From positions 8,630 through 72,629 of the forward strand of contig SFLD01000019.1 of the NCBI GenBank assembly GCA_004553545.1: 64,000 nucleotides of DNA. Direction: 5' to 3'. Source of the stretch: Clostridiales bacterium. GTDB lineage: Bacteria; Bacillota; Clostridia; Oscillospirales; Oscillospiraceae. Positions within the stretch are counted from its first letter, which is position 1. Each line of letters starts with the position of its first letter. Positions 21,242 through 30,831 of the stretch are shown here, in pieces. Under the pieces are notes generated by a model, which saw only the letters and a list, made by a program, of their open reading frames with translations, ran no database searches and had not been told where the DNA came from. The position numbers and the translations under genes are program-made.

Positions 21242-21736
21242 TCAGTGGTGTTCGGGCAGGTGGGAGAGGAGCTCCGCCCTCTCCTCCCGGCCCATGAGGG
21301 CATAGTATCGCCGCCAGCAGGCGAGGGAGTGCAGGGGGACGGCCTCGCCCAGGACGGTGACGGTCCCGGCGATGTCCTCCCGCCGGAGGGAGCAGTCGTA
21401 AAGGATGCCGTCCCTCTCGATGGCCATGCCGGCCATCAGGTCCGCGTCCACGCCGTCCACCCGGTACTGGCGGAAGACGGCAGTGCGGTAAATGGGGTCA
21501 TTGGCCTTGAGGGGCAGGGGCGTTCCCAGGCGGGAGAGGACTTCCTGGGCGCGGCCCGCGTCCGGGAGGAGGACCATCAGGTCCAGGTCGCGGAAGTCCG
21601 GGACCAGGCCATGGAAGTAAAGCAGGCCGGAGGCCCCCAAAGCCCAGGTGACCTCCGCCCGGCGGAAGGCCCCGGCGATCCGGGCCAGGACGGTGAGCTT
21701 CCGGGCCTGGGCGGCAGTCTTTTCAGTATAGCACAT
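21242..21736 (-). CDS. Nucleotidyltransferase-like hypothetical protein (start uncertain)
   Basis: WALGAS...DLDLMV (GS..DxD pattern); the only ATG overlaps a -10 box. Confidence 0.7.
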   Translation of the reverse strand: MCYTEKTAAQARKLTVLARIAGAFRRAEVTWALGASGLLYFHGLVPDFRDLDLMVLLPDAGRAQEVLSRLGTPLPLKANDPIYRTAVFRQYRVDGVDADLMAGMAIERDGILYDCSLRREDIAGTVTVLGEAVPLHSLACWRRYYALMGREERAELLSHLPEHH

Positions 21737-21763
21737 CCCCTGGCAAAAATCAAACATTTGTTC
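21725..21763 (-). promoter_or_regulatory. Sigma-A promoter overlapped by a LexA/Cheo box
   Basis: TTGATT-17-TATACT; GAACAAATGTTT at 21752-21763 upstream of the uvrB operon. Confidence 0.75.
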
Positions 21764-21780
21764 CAAATTTCAACCACTCC

Positions 21781-22458
21781 TCAACGCTGCAGGATGCCGC
21801 TGTCCGCCAGGGAGACGTAGTCATCCTCCGCCACGATGATGTGGTCCAGCAGCTCCACGCCGATGGTGGCCAGGGCCTCCTGCACCCGCCGGGTGGTGGT
21901 GTAATCCTCCCGGGAGGGGAGGGCGATGCCGCTGGGATGGTTGTGGGAGAGGATCACGGCGCTGGCGGAGGAGATCAGGGCGTTCTCCACCAGGCGGCGG
22001 ATGTTCAGCTCCGCCGCGGCGCTGCCGCCCTCGCTGAGGCGCTTGCAGGCCAGGAGCTTGCCCTTCCGGTCCAGGCAGAGCTGGTAGATGACCTCGTTCC
22101 GCTCCCCGGCGAAGCGGGCCAGCAGGTAGCGGCCGGCCTTCTCCGTGGAGTTCAGGATGGTATCCTGTCCGGCGGCGCTGCGCTGGGCCTGGTAAACGAA
22201 GGCGGGGACCAGCTTGAGGAAGACCGCCGCGCTCTCACCGATGCCCTCCGTGCGCTGCAGGTCCTCCAAGGGGGCCTGCAGCAGGGCGGCCAGGCTCCCA
22301 TAGCGGGCCAGGAGCCGGTGGGCCAGCTCGTTGGTGTCCCGCCGGGGGATGGCGTAGTAGAGCAGGAGCTCCAGCGCCTCGTGGTCGGCGAAGCCCTCCA
22401 GTCCCGTCTCGCAAAAGCGGTGGCGCATCTTCTCCCGGTGGCCGTCGTGGATGCCCAT
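21781..22458 (-). CDS. radC: RadC/JAB-domain protein
   Basis: HDGHREKMR, HhH EGIGE, HNHPSG...SRED, LLDHII. Confidence 0.95.
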   Translation of the reverse strand: MGIHDGHREKMRHRFCETGLEGFADHEALELLLYYAIPRRDTNELAHRLLARYGSLAALLQAPLEDLQRTEGIGESAAVFLKLVPAFVYQAQRSAAGQDTILNSTEKAGRYLLARFAGERNEVIYQLCLDRKGKLLACKRLSEGGSAAAELNIRRLVENALISSASAVILSHNHPSGIALPSREDYTTTRRVQEALATIGVELLDHIIVAEDDYVSLADSGILQR

Positions 22459-22697
22459 GCGGACCCCTCCTTCTCTCTGCTCAGAATACTCCATGGTAAC
22501 ATTGTATTATACCACGCTCCGACGGCTATCACAAGCACATTTCCCCCGGAAACTCTGCCGGAAGGTGCGGGAGCAATCGGTTTCCCGGAAGAAAATGCCG
22601 AAAATCCCGGCGTTTCCGGCGGAAAATGGCGCCCTGGCGGCGAAAAGGCTTGACAAACGGGGCAAATGCGCATACCATGAGGGTGTAAAGTCCATAC

Positions 22698-22860
22698 TGT
22701 CCGGTAGGTAAGGCTACCACAGAGGATATGGGTTGCTGCCGCAGAGTGATGGAGACATCATGAGAGGGTTTGAGCAGGTGATATCGAACGCAAGGTATCA
22801 TCTAATGCAACTGCACCGCCCTGTGATGCTAAAGCTTGAACGGTGAGACGGTCCCGGCCC
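22698..22860 (+). ncRNA. M-box (ykoK) Mg2+ riboswitch
   Basis: taggtaaggct...gttgctgccg...tcgaa..aagg..ctaatg...gctaaagct motifs, downstream of TTGACA/TACCAT promoter and upstream of mgtE; terminator-like hairpin near 22880-22920. Confidence 0.88.
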
Positions 22861-22951
22861 GGGGCCGCCTGTGGGATGGGTCCCCGATCGTTGCCGGACG
22901 GCTGCGACCGGGACTTTTTTCATCTTACGCCGTCAGAGAGGAGGATGCGCA

Positions 22952-24337
22952 GTGCAGGACCGGGAAGAGGAACGCCGTGAGCTGCTGGAGAAGATCGAGG
23001 AATTGATCCAGCGAAAACAGTATAAGGAGCTGCGCGCCCTGCTGCTGCCGCTGGAGGCGGCGGACATCGCCCAGTTGGCGGACGATCTGGACGACGAGAA
23101 GACCCTGCCATTGCTCTTCCGCCTGCTGCCCAAGGAGCAGGCGGCGGAGGTCTTCGTGGAGCTGGACAGCGACCAGCAGGAGCTGCTGATCCGGGGCTTT
23201 TCCAACACGGAGCTGAAGGAAGTGCTGGACGAGCTGTACCTGGACGACACCGTGGACATCGTGGAGGAGATGCCGGCCAACGTGGTCAAGCGCATCCTGA
23301 AGCACTCGGACCCCGAGATGCGCAAGAGCATCAACGAGATCCTGAAATACCCCGAGGACTCCACCGGCTCCATCATGACCACGGAGTTCGTGGACCTGCG
23401 GGCGGACTTCACCGTGGAGGACGCCCTGAAACACATCCGCCGCACCGGGCCGGACAAGGAGACCATCAACGTCTGCTACGTGGTGGACGACTACCGCCAC
23501 CTCATCGGCGTGCTCTCCATCCGGACCATCCTTCTGGCGGAGGAGGATGACATCATTGGGGACATCATGGAGCGGAACTTCATCTGCGTCCAGACCCTGG
23601 ACGACCAGGAGGACACCGCCCAGGCCCTCAGCAAGTACGACTTCCTGGCCCTGCCGGTGGTGGACACCGAGGGCCGCCTCGTGGGCATCGTCACCGTGGA
23701 CGACGCCATCGACGTTCTGCAGGAGGAGACCACCGAGGACATCGAGAAGATGGCGGCCATGCTGCCCTCCGACAAGCCGTACCTCAAGACCAGCACCTTT
23801 GAGACCTTCAAGTCCCGCATCCCCTGGCTGCTGCTCCTGATGATCTCCGCCACCTTCACGGGGCAGATCATCAGCCGCTTTGAGGACGCCCTCAGCGCCT
23901 TCACCATCCTCACGGCCTATATCCCCATGCTGATGGACACCGGCGGCAACTGCGGCTCCCAGGCCAGCGTCACGGTGATCCGCGGCCTCTCCCTGGGGGA
24001 GATCGAGTTTTCGGACCTCTTCCGGGTCATCTGGAAGGAGTGCCGGGTGGCCCTGGTCTGCGGCGTGGTGCTCTCCGCCGCCAACTTCGCGAAGCTCATG
24101 CTGGTGGACCGGCTGCTCTTCGGCAACCCCATCACCCTGACGGTGGCCGCCGTCATCTGCCTGACCCTGATCTTCACGGTCTTCGCGGCGAAGCTGGTGG
24201 GCTGCTCCCTGCCGCTCCTGGCGAAGAAGGTCGGCTTCGACCCCGCCGTCATGGCCTCCCCCTTTATCACCACCATCGTGGACGCCATCTCCCTTTTGAT
24301 CTACTTCCAGTTCGCATCCATGCTGCTGGGGATCTGA
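22952..24337 (+). CDS. mgtE: Magnesium transporter MgtE
   Basis: MgtE_N, CBS pair, TM region with GGNCGSQ and DPAVMASPFITTIVD. Confidence 0.97.
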   Translation: MQDREEERRELLEKIEELIQRKQYKELRALLLPLEAADIAQLADDLDDEKTLPLLFRLLPKEQAAEVFVELDSDQQELLIRGFSNTELKEVLDELYLDDTVDIVEEMPANVVKRILKHSDPEMRKSINEILKYPEDSTGSIMTTEFVDLRADFTVEDALKHIRRTGPDKETINVCYVVDDYRHLIGVLSIRTILLAEEDDIIGDIMERNFICVQTLDDQEDTAQALSKYDFLALPVVDTEGRLVGIVTVDDAIDVLQEETTEDIEKMAAMLPSDKPYLKTSTFETFKSRIPWLLLLMISATFTGQIISRFEDALSAFTILTAYIPMLMDTGGNCGSQASVTVIRGLSLGEIEFSDLFRVIWKECRVALVCGVVLSAANFAKLMLVDRLLFGNPITLTVAAVICLTLIFTVFAAKLVGCSLPLLAKKVGFDPAVMASPFITTIVDAISLLIYFQFASMLLGI

Positions 24338-24346
24338 GAAAAATGG

Positions 24347-24382
24347 AAAGCGGCTCTCCCTCCCGGGAGAGCCGCTTTTTTC
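24347..24382 (+). terminator. Intrinsic terminator
   Basis: aaagcggctctccc/gggagagccgc followed by a T-run. Confidence 0.85.
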
Positions 24383-24487
24383 TTCAGCAAGACGCATCAC
24401 CGGGGTTTTGGAAAAATACTTGACATCTTGGGGCAATAGGGTATACTATTCCCGAAACATAGAAAACTAAGTAGTCGGGAGAGCGCT

Positions 24488-24910
24488 ATGGTCAAAGACG
24501 AACACGCTTCCAGATATATCGGTATTCTTGCGAACCGCTTGCGGAGAGAGATCGATGCGCTGTCTTTCCGGGGACAATACAGCGGAACAGAGGGCAAAGC
24601 GCTACATTTTATCCTCGCCCATGAGGACAGCGAGCTGTTTCAAAAGGATTTGGAGGACGAATTTGGCTTGCGTCCTCCATCAGCCAGCGCCCTTGTCAAA
24701 AAGCTGGAACAGGACGGACTCATCAGCCGTGTCCCCGTATCCTACGATGGGCGTCTGAAAAAAATCGTTCCCAGCGAAAAGGCACGGCAGAACCGGGAAA
24801 AGGTCTTGCGCGATGTACAGGATCTGGAAGATCGACTGCTGCGCGGCATTTCAGAGCAGGACCAGGCACAATGGCTGGAGATCACAAAAAAGATGATCGA
24901 AAACCTTTAG
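24488..24910 (+). CDS. MarR-family regulator
   Basis: LFQKDLEDEFGLRPPSASALVKKLEQDGLISR..DGRLK; TTGACA-17-TATACT promoter upstream. Confidence 0.92.
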   Translation: MVKDEHASRYIGILANRLRREIDALSFRGQYSGTEGKALHFILAHEDSELFQKDLEDEFGLRPPSASALVKKLEQDGLISRVPVSYDGRLKKIVPSEKARQNREKVLRDVQDLEDRLLRGISEQDQAQWLEITKKMIENL

Positions 24911-24981
24911 CTGTACGCGAAAGGTTTTCAATTTGGACATAAAGTTAGATTTCTAATTAGTTGCAATAATAGGAGGACAAT

Positions 24982-26352
24982 ATGGAAACGCTTGAACAAA
25001 AATATGAATACGAAAAGGTCGGAAAACTGCTGCTAATGTTCTCTGTCCCCAGCGTGATCTCCCTCGTTCTGAACGCGCTCTATAACATGGTGGATCAGAT
25101 ATTCATCGGAAACGGTGTCGGCTATCTCGGGAACGGTGCAACGAACGTAATTTTCCCGCTGACACAGTTAGCCATCGCCATTGGCTTGCTGATCGGTGAC
25201 GGCACAGCCAGCTACATGAACCTGAAGCTCGGTGAGGGCAAGCGGGAGGAAGCGGAGAAAGGAATGGCCTCGGGGCTTGCCGCGTTGGTGGTATCTGGCG
25301 TAACGCTGAGTATTCTCCTGACGGTTTTCTTGCAGCCGCTCTGCCGCCTTTTTGGGGCGACAGACGATATTATGCCGTATGCGCTGGACTACGGGTATAT
25401 TATCGTTGCGGGAACGATCTTCAACATTTTCCCCTGCGGCGCTATGAGCATCGTCCGTGGAAACGGCGGACCGAAAACTGCGATGCTCAGTATGCTCACA
25501 GGCTTTACGGTCAATATGATCGGTGATCCGCTGACCATTTACGGCTTCCATTGGGGTGTGAAAGGTGCAGCCATCGCTACGGTATTGGGGCAGGCAGCCA
25601 GCGCGGTCGTCTGCATCGTCTATCTCGTCCGCAAAAAAGGAACGGTTCAGCTCACGAAAAAATCATTCACCGGCTGCCTTCGGTTTGTCCCGAAAGCGGC
25701 GAGACTTGGCCTTTCCAGCTTTGTGACACAGCTTGCGATCGTGGTCGTGCTCTATTTCCAGAACAATCTTCTTGTCAAATACGGGGCGCTGAGCAAGTAC
25801 GGCGCTGAGATCCCGCTGACCGCATTGGGCGTTACCATGAAGGTGTTTACCATGCTGCAAAACGCCATCACAGGTCTATGCTCCGGCGCACAGCCCATTA
25901 TCAGCTACAACTACGGGCGAAATCTTCGCAGCCGGGTCAGGCAGATCCTAAAACTGCTGGTGATCTTCTCTGCGGCACTTATGGGAATTGCGACGATCTG
26001 GTTCCAGCTTGCGCCTATGAGCATCGTCCGTATTTTTGGCTCGGCTGATCCGCTCTACAATGAATTTTCGGTGAAGTGTCTGCGGATTTTCCTGATGCTC
26101 ATTTTCCTTGACAGCTTTCAGATGGTGGGCAGCTCCTTCCTGCAATCCATCGGCAAACCGACCCCCGCAACGGCGCTGGTTCTGTTCCGGCAGATCATTG
26201 TTCAGGTTCCTGCGCTGCTGATTTTGGGAGATTTGTTCGGCATCGACGGATTGCTCTATGCCGGGGCGCTGTCCAGCCTGCTGGTGGGTATCCTGGCAAT
26301 CGTTTTTCTTGCGCGTGAGTGGAGGGCTCTGAGGGAAGGGAGCGCCGAATAA
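24982..26352 (+). CDS. MATE-family efflux transporter (MepA-like)
   Basis: LYNMVDQIFIG, GVKGAAIAT, AQPIISYNYG; lower GC than flanks. Confidence 0.95.
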   Translation: METLEQKYEYEKVGKLLLMFSVPSVISLVLNALYNMVDQIFIGNGVGYLGNGATNVIFPLTQLAIAIGLLIGDGTASYMNLKLGEGKREEAEKGMASGLAALVVSGVTLSILLTVFLQPLCRLFGATDDIMPYALDYGYIIVAGTIFNIFPCGAMSIVRGNGGPKTAMLSMLTGFTVNMIGDPLTIYGFHWGVKGAAIATVLGQAASAVVCIVYLVRKKGTVQLTKKSFTGCLRFVPKAARLGLSSFVTQLAIVVVLYFQNNLLVKYGALSKYGAEIPLTALGVTMKVFTMLQNAITGLCSGAQPIISYNYGRNLRSRVRQILKLLVIFSAALMGIATIWFQLAPMSIVRIFGSADPLYNEFSVKCLRIFLMLIFLDSFQMVGSSFLQSIGKPTPATALVLFRQIIVQVPALLILGDLFGIDGLLYAGALSSLLVGILAIVFLAREWRALREGSAE

Positions 26353-26411
26353 TGGTCAGAAACCGGGAAAACCCACGGAGAATTCCTGTTTTTTCGAAAA
26401 AAGATGCGAAG

Positions 26412-26435
26412 AAAGCCCGCCGGAGGCGGGCTTTC
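26412..26435. terminator. Terminator between convergent genes
   Basis: gaaagcccgcc gga ggcgggctttc. Confidence 0.7.
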
Positions 26436-26442
26436 TCTTGTT

Positions 26443-28737
26443 TCAGCGCTTGAGGACCTTCTTGACCCTGGCTTTCAGCTCGGGGGTCAGGGCCTGGGAC
26501 GCGGCGCGGACCAGGTAGGGCGGCAGGGTCAGGAACTTCTTGCGGACCTGGGCAAAGGGCTCCAGGGCGTAGGCGGCGAAAAAGGCGGCCCGCTCCGGGC
26601 AGTAGGCCGTGGGGGAGGCCAGGCGGGGATTCCCGGCCACGGCCCGCTCCGCCGGGTACTGCTTGCAGCCGATGGACAGGCGGTCGAAGACGTGGCTCCC
26701 ATGGGGGGTGTTGATGAGGAGGAGGGAGACGCCCTTCTCCTGCTGCTCCGCCAGCTCCTCGGGCCGGAGGCCCCAGAAATCGCCCAACGTCAGGTCCCCC
26801 ACCCGGCTGAGGCTGCTGTAGGGGCAGCGGAAGCAGCTCTCCCGCAGGAAGAGGGAGCGGCCGAAGGCCCGGCCGTACTCCGTCTCGTAAAGGGGGGCGG
26901 AGTCCTGGGAGCCGTCCTCATAGCGGAGGGTCAGGTAGCTCTTCTGCCAGCCCTCGGTCTTGGCCCGGAAGCGGACGGAGGCGATGGCCTTGCGCTTGCG
27001 CTGGGCCTGGTCGGCCACGAAGCTCTCCCAGACACCGGGGGACGGCACGCCGTGGCAGACGAGATCGCAGGTGGTGAGGTTCTCGGGCCGCGAACCCAGG
27101 AAGCGGTAGAGGCCGTCCACCTGGCAGGGGGTGCCGGAGAAGAGGACGGGCCGGGTCTTGAGGACCTCCCGGATCTCCCGGAAGGTGCTGCCAAGGTCGC
27201 TCTGAACATACTTGGCGCCCCGGAACTTCGCCAGGTCCTCCGCCCGGAAGGCGGCGGTGTGGCGCAGGTGCAGGGCATCGTCAAAGGCGGCGCCGAAGAC
27301 CACGCCGCCGGAGCGGAGGGTATCCTCCGCCAGGGCGGTGAAGACGCCGCCGGAGGTGGAGGCCAGGCGGACGGCGTCGTCCTTCACCCAGGCGGCGTAG
27401 GCCGCCGGGAGGACGCCGTCCGGCGTTCTCGGGTGCAGGATGGGGCAGGCGGCGCTGCAGCGGCCGCACTGGATGCATTTTTCGCGGTCCACCACCGGGA
27501 CATCGAAGCCCTCCCGGTCCCGGCGCATGGCGATGGCGTCCCTGGGGCAGACGGCGGCGCAGGCGCCGCAGCCGGTGCAGCGGCTGCGCTCCGCCAACTG
27601 GGGGACGGGGGGCTTCTCCCCTTCTCCCGGCTGGTAGGGCTGATTCTCGAGAGCGCAGCGAAGGTACGCCAGGGAATCCCGGCGGGCGCGCTCCAGCCTC
27701 TCCTGAACGGCATCCCAGTCGATGGGGTCCTGGGTCCGGGCGCTGTCGCCCTTGCCGATGATGCGGCTCTCCAGGCCCAGGCGGCTCAGGAGGGAGTAGG
27801 TCCGGGAGAGCTCCGGGGCCTTCCGCTCTGAGGGGGCGGCGGCGGTGAAGAAGGGCTTGCCGAACTGGACGGAGAAGACCGTGCCGTGGAAGGAGTTGGT
27901 GCAGACGAAGCTGGCCCCCCGGAAGAGGCCCAGAAACTCGGCGGGTCCGGCGTCCAGCACCAGCCTGGCCCCCGGCACCACCGGGCGGCGGATGCCGCAG
28001 AGCTGGACCACGGGGAGGCCGGTCTCCCGCGCCAGGGTCTCGATGTAGGGGACCAGGGCGTCCGGGCGGCTGATGCAGTAGCAGAGGATGTAGCCCCCGG
28101 AGAGGCCGGGGTCCTGGGCGATGGCGCTCCAGTCCTCCCGCCGGAGGAGGAGGGTGGGGTCCAGGACCACGGGGACGGTCTGGCCCGTGAGCTCCCGGAG
28201 GATGGTCTGGCCCTGGGTCTCCCGCACGGCGATGTGGGAGAAGGGGGCGAGGTAGCTCCGGAGCTCGTCCTCCATGCCATCCGGGATCCGGGGAACGCCG
28301 AAGGAGGGGGCGTAGGCGATCTTCCGCCCCGCCGTGAAAGCGCTGAAGAAGACGGGATCGAAGCGGTGATCCGGGAAGATGGTGGGGTTCCAGATCTGGT
28401 CGCTGCCGGAGAGGTAGACATCGTAGGGGAGGTTCGCCGCCTTCAGCTCCTCAAAGCTCCGGTAGCGGTGCGCCGTCAGGCGGAGCTCCCGGGCCTGGAA
28501 GGCGTCAAAGCGCTGCTGGCGGCGCTTTAAGGCCTGGTAGTGGAGGGTGGTGTGGGCGTCCGCCGCCAGGGCGGCGGGGCCTGTGGGGCGGCGGAAGAGG
28601 GCGTTGTCCTGGTTCACGTAGTAGTCGAGGATCTCGCACTCGTGGCCCAGGGCCTCCACGGCCCGCTCCGTGGCAAGCGCCTGAAGGCAGGCGCCGTAGT
28701 GGTGGATATGGTAGAATGTCACAAGGCCCGTTTTCAT
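26443..28737 (-). CDS. Fusion: polysaccharide pyruvyl transferase + 2x[4Fe-4S] ferredoxin + FrhB-like C-terminal domain
   Basis: GSDQIWN, AVRE, LDPTLLL, TNSFHGTVFS; CTGCGAC..CP and CIQCGRC..CP; STSGG, GTPCQV, DLVCHGVPS, DLTLGDFWG. Confidence 0.9.
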   Translation of the reverse strand: MKTGLVTFYHIHHYGACLQALATERAVEALGHECEILDYYVNQDNALFRRPTGPAALAADAHTTLHYQALKRRQQRFDAFQARELRLTAHRYRSFEELKAANLPYDVYLSGSDQIWNPTIFPDHRFDPVFFSAFTAGRKIAYAPSFGVPRIPDGMEDELRSYLAPFSHIAVRETQGQTILRELTGQTVPVVLDPTLLLRREDWSAIAQDPGLSGGYILCYCISRPDALVPYIETLARETGLPVVQLCGIRRPVVPGARLVLDAGPAEFLGLFRGASFVCTNSFHGTVFSVQFGKPFFTAAAPSERKAPELSRTYSLLSRLGLESRIIGKGDSARTQDPIDWDAVQERLERARRDSLAYLRCALENQPYQPGEGEKPPVPQLAERSRCTGCGACAAVCPRDAIAMRRDREGFDVPVVDREKCIQCGRCSAACPILHPRTPDGVLPAAYAAWVKDDAVRLASTSGGVFTALAEDTLRSGGVVFGAAFDDALHLRHTAAFRAEDLAKFRGAKYVQSDLGSTFREIREVLKTRPVLFSGTPCQVDGLYRFLGSRPENLTTCDLVCHGVPSPGVWESFVADQAQRKRKAIASVRFRAKTEGWQKSYLTLRYEDGSQDSAPLYETEYGRAFGRSLFLRESCFRCPYSSLSRVGDLTLGDFWGLRPEELAEQQEKGVSLLLINTPHGSHVFDRLSIGCKQYPAERAVAGNPRLASPTAYCPERAAFFAAYALEPFAQVRKKFLTLPPYLVRAASQALTPELKARVKKVLKR

Positions 28738-28792
28738 GGGGATGACCTGCCTTTCTGCTCCTCCGGCTGGGATGGACGCGCCGTCCCGGCGG

Positions 28793-29296
28793 TCACTGCT
28801 TTTCCAGGATGGCGGAGAGGTCCGGGAGGGAGTCGTCCTCCTCCACCCATTCCTTCTCCACGTCCACTACCTGGAAGTCCGTGGGGGTCTTGCGGATGAC
28901 CACATACTTGAGGCCCGCGTTGATGACCTGGCGGCGGCACATGGCGCAGGAGGTGGCGTCCGTCAAAAGCTCGCCGGTCCGGGCGTCCCGGCCCACGAGA
29001 TACAGGGTGCCGCCCACGCAGTCCCGCCGGGAGGCGGAGATGATGGCGTTGGCCTCGGCATGGACGCTGCGGCAGAGCTCGTAGCGCTCGCCCCGTGGGA
29101 CGTTCAGCGCCTCCCGGGAGCAGAAGCCCAGGTCCGTGCAGTTTTTGCGGCCACGGGGGGCGCCGTTGTAACCGGTGGCGATGATCTCGTCGTTGGTGAC
29201 GATGATGGCGCCGTAGACCCGGCGCAGGCAGGTGGCCCGCTCCAGCACGGTCTCGGCGATGTCCAGGTAGTAGTTCTCCTTGCTGATCCGGCGCAT
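28793..29296 (-). CDS. dCMP/cytidine deaminase family protein
   Basis: TCLRR, TGYNGAPRG, HAEANA, CAMC. Confidence 0.92.
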   Translation of the reverse strand: MRRISKENYYLDIAETVLERATCLRRVYGAIIVTNDEIIATGYNGAPRGRKNCTDLGFCSREALNVPRGERYELCRSVHAEANAIISASRRDCVGGTLYLVGRDARTGELLTDATSCAMCRRQVINAGLKYVVIRKTPTDFQVVDVEKEWVEEDDSLPDLSAILEKQ

Positions 29297-29437
29297 GTTC
29301 CGGTCCTCCCTGCTTCCGGCCCTGGGCCGGTTAGTATCCCTATATTTTACCCAATTTCCTCCCATATTGCAAGAAGCGCCGGGAGGATTCCCGGCGCTTG
29401 GAGCGGAAAATTTGTGGAAAACCGTCGAAGATCTTCC

Positions 29438-30418
29438 TTACGTCAGCTTCCCGGCCCGGACGGCGATGAGCTCCGCCGCGATGGAGACGGCGATCTCCTC
29501 CGGGGTCTCGGCCCCGATGGCAAGGCCGATGGGGGCGTGAATACGGGCGTACTCGGCCTCGGTGAATCCTTCCGCCAGGAGGCGGTCCTTGCAGAGGGCC
29601 AGCTTCCGGCGGGAGCCGATGCAGCCAAGGTAGCGGACGGGGGCCCGCAGGGTCTCCCGCAGGACCTCAAAATCCGCCTGGTGGCCCCGGGTCATGATGA
29701 CGAGGTAGTCGTCCGGCCCCAGGGGGACGTGCTGGCGCAGCTCCCCGAAGGGGGCGGCCACCCGCTGCACCGCCAGGGGGAAGCGGTCCTCCCCGGTGAA
29801 CTCCGGCCGGTCGTCATAGACCGCCACCTGGAAATCCAGGGGGGCCAAAACGGCGGCCAGGGCCTGGGACACGTGTCCGCCGCCGAAGAGCCAGACGGTG
29901 CCGGGGCGGGAGACGGGGATCGTCAGGATGCCGTCCTGAAAGAGGGTGCCGTCCTTCAGATAGTCCGCCAGCTCCGGGGCCTCGCCCTCGGTGAGGACCC
30001 TTGTCTCCGTGACCCGCTCCCCTGCCAGGCGGCGGAGGAGCCAGAGGCCCTGGCCGCCGCCGGAGAGCTCCACCAGGCGGCGGAGGGCGGCGACGGCGGC
30101 CGTGTCCGCCGGGTCCAGGTACTGGAAGTGGACGGTAACATCCCCGCCGCAGACCATGCCGAGGCTGGCGGCGTCCCCAGGGGTGAAGCGGTAGCTCCGG
30201 AGGGCGTTTTCCCGGCTCGCCAGCAGCTCCTTGGCCAGATTCTGGGCGGTGAACTCCACATTGCCGCCGCCGATGGTGCCGGCGCTGCCGCCGGGGAAGC
30301 AGGCCATCATGGCCCCGGCCCCCCGGGGGGTGGAGCCGCTGGAGGCGAGGAGGCTCACCAGGATCACCGGCTCCCCGGCCTCCAGATGATGGACCATGGT
30401 CCGGAAGAATTCCCGCAT
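29438..30418 (-). CDS. xdhC: XdhC/CoxI molybdenum-hydroxylase accessory protein
   Basis: GSTPRGAGA, GTIGGG, GMVCGG, FGGGHVS, MTRGH, GCIGSRRK, PIGL..GAETPEEIAVSI. Confidence 0.93.
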   Translation of the reverse strand: MREFFRTMVHHLEAGEPVILVSLLASSGSTPRGAGAMMACFPGGSAGTIGGGNVEFTAQNLAKELLASRENALRSYRFTPGDAASLGMVCGGDVTVHFQYLDPADTAAVAALRRLVELSGGGQGLWLLRRLAGERVTETRVLTEGEAPELADYLKDGTLFQDGILTIPVSRPGTVWLFGGGHVSQALAAVLAPLDFQVAVYDDRPEFTGEDRFPLAVQRVAAPFGELRQHVPLGPDDYLVIMTRGHQADFEVLRETLRAPVRYLGCIGSRRKLALCKDRLLAEGFTEAEYARIHAPIGLAIGAETPEEIAVSIAAELIAVRAGKLT

Positions 30419-30419
30419 C

Positions 30420-30783
30420 GCTATCCCCTTTCCGGGCGGCGCGCCGCCCACGGTATCCTACCGTTGTTTTACCCTCGGTCGATAAGGGCAGACACGCTTT
30501 CCGGCGGCCCTGATAGGCGCTGAGCGTCGTCATCGTCCTAGGCGGGCGTCAGCCCGCCGTCGTCCTCTTCCTCGTCAGAGCCCATCATTGCTCACCGGAA
30601 AGTCCTTCGGAGTTTTTCGGGAGCGTCTCCGCGGCCAAGCCGGTCAGCAAAGCCGCCGGGCAAATGCCCGGCAACGCGGAGGACGAAGCCGGCTGTTGTT
30701 TCAGCCCCGAAAAACCGCGTTTGCCCTTACCAACCGATGGTTATCTTGCTTTTCAGTATACCCCTGATGGGGAAAAATTGCAA
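30420..30783 (-). promoter_or_regulatory. Long structured 5' leader of xdhC (candidate riboswitch) behind TTGCAA-17-TATACT
   Basis: Nested pairings ctttccggtg/cgccggaaag, ggctctga/tcagggcc, ggcgggc/gcccgcc. Confidence 0.45.
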
Positions 30784-30831
30784 TGCCGGGAAAAAAGAGC
30801 CGCCCGGATGGGCGGCTCTCAGTGTTTTTTC

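Noticed and set aside
30450..30615. glmS or hammerhead ribozyme suggested by ctgacgagg
   Set aside because: The remaining core elements are absent or in the wrong order, and the downstream gene does not fit glmS.
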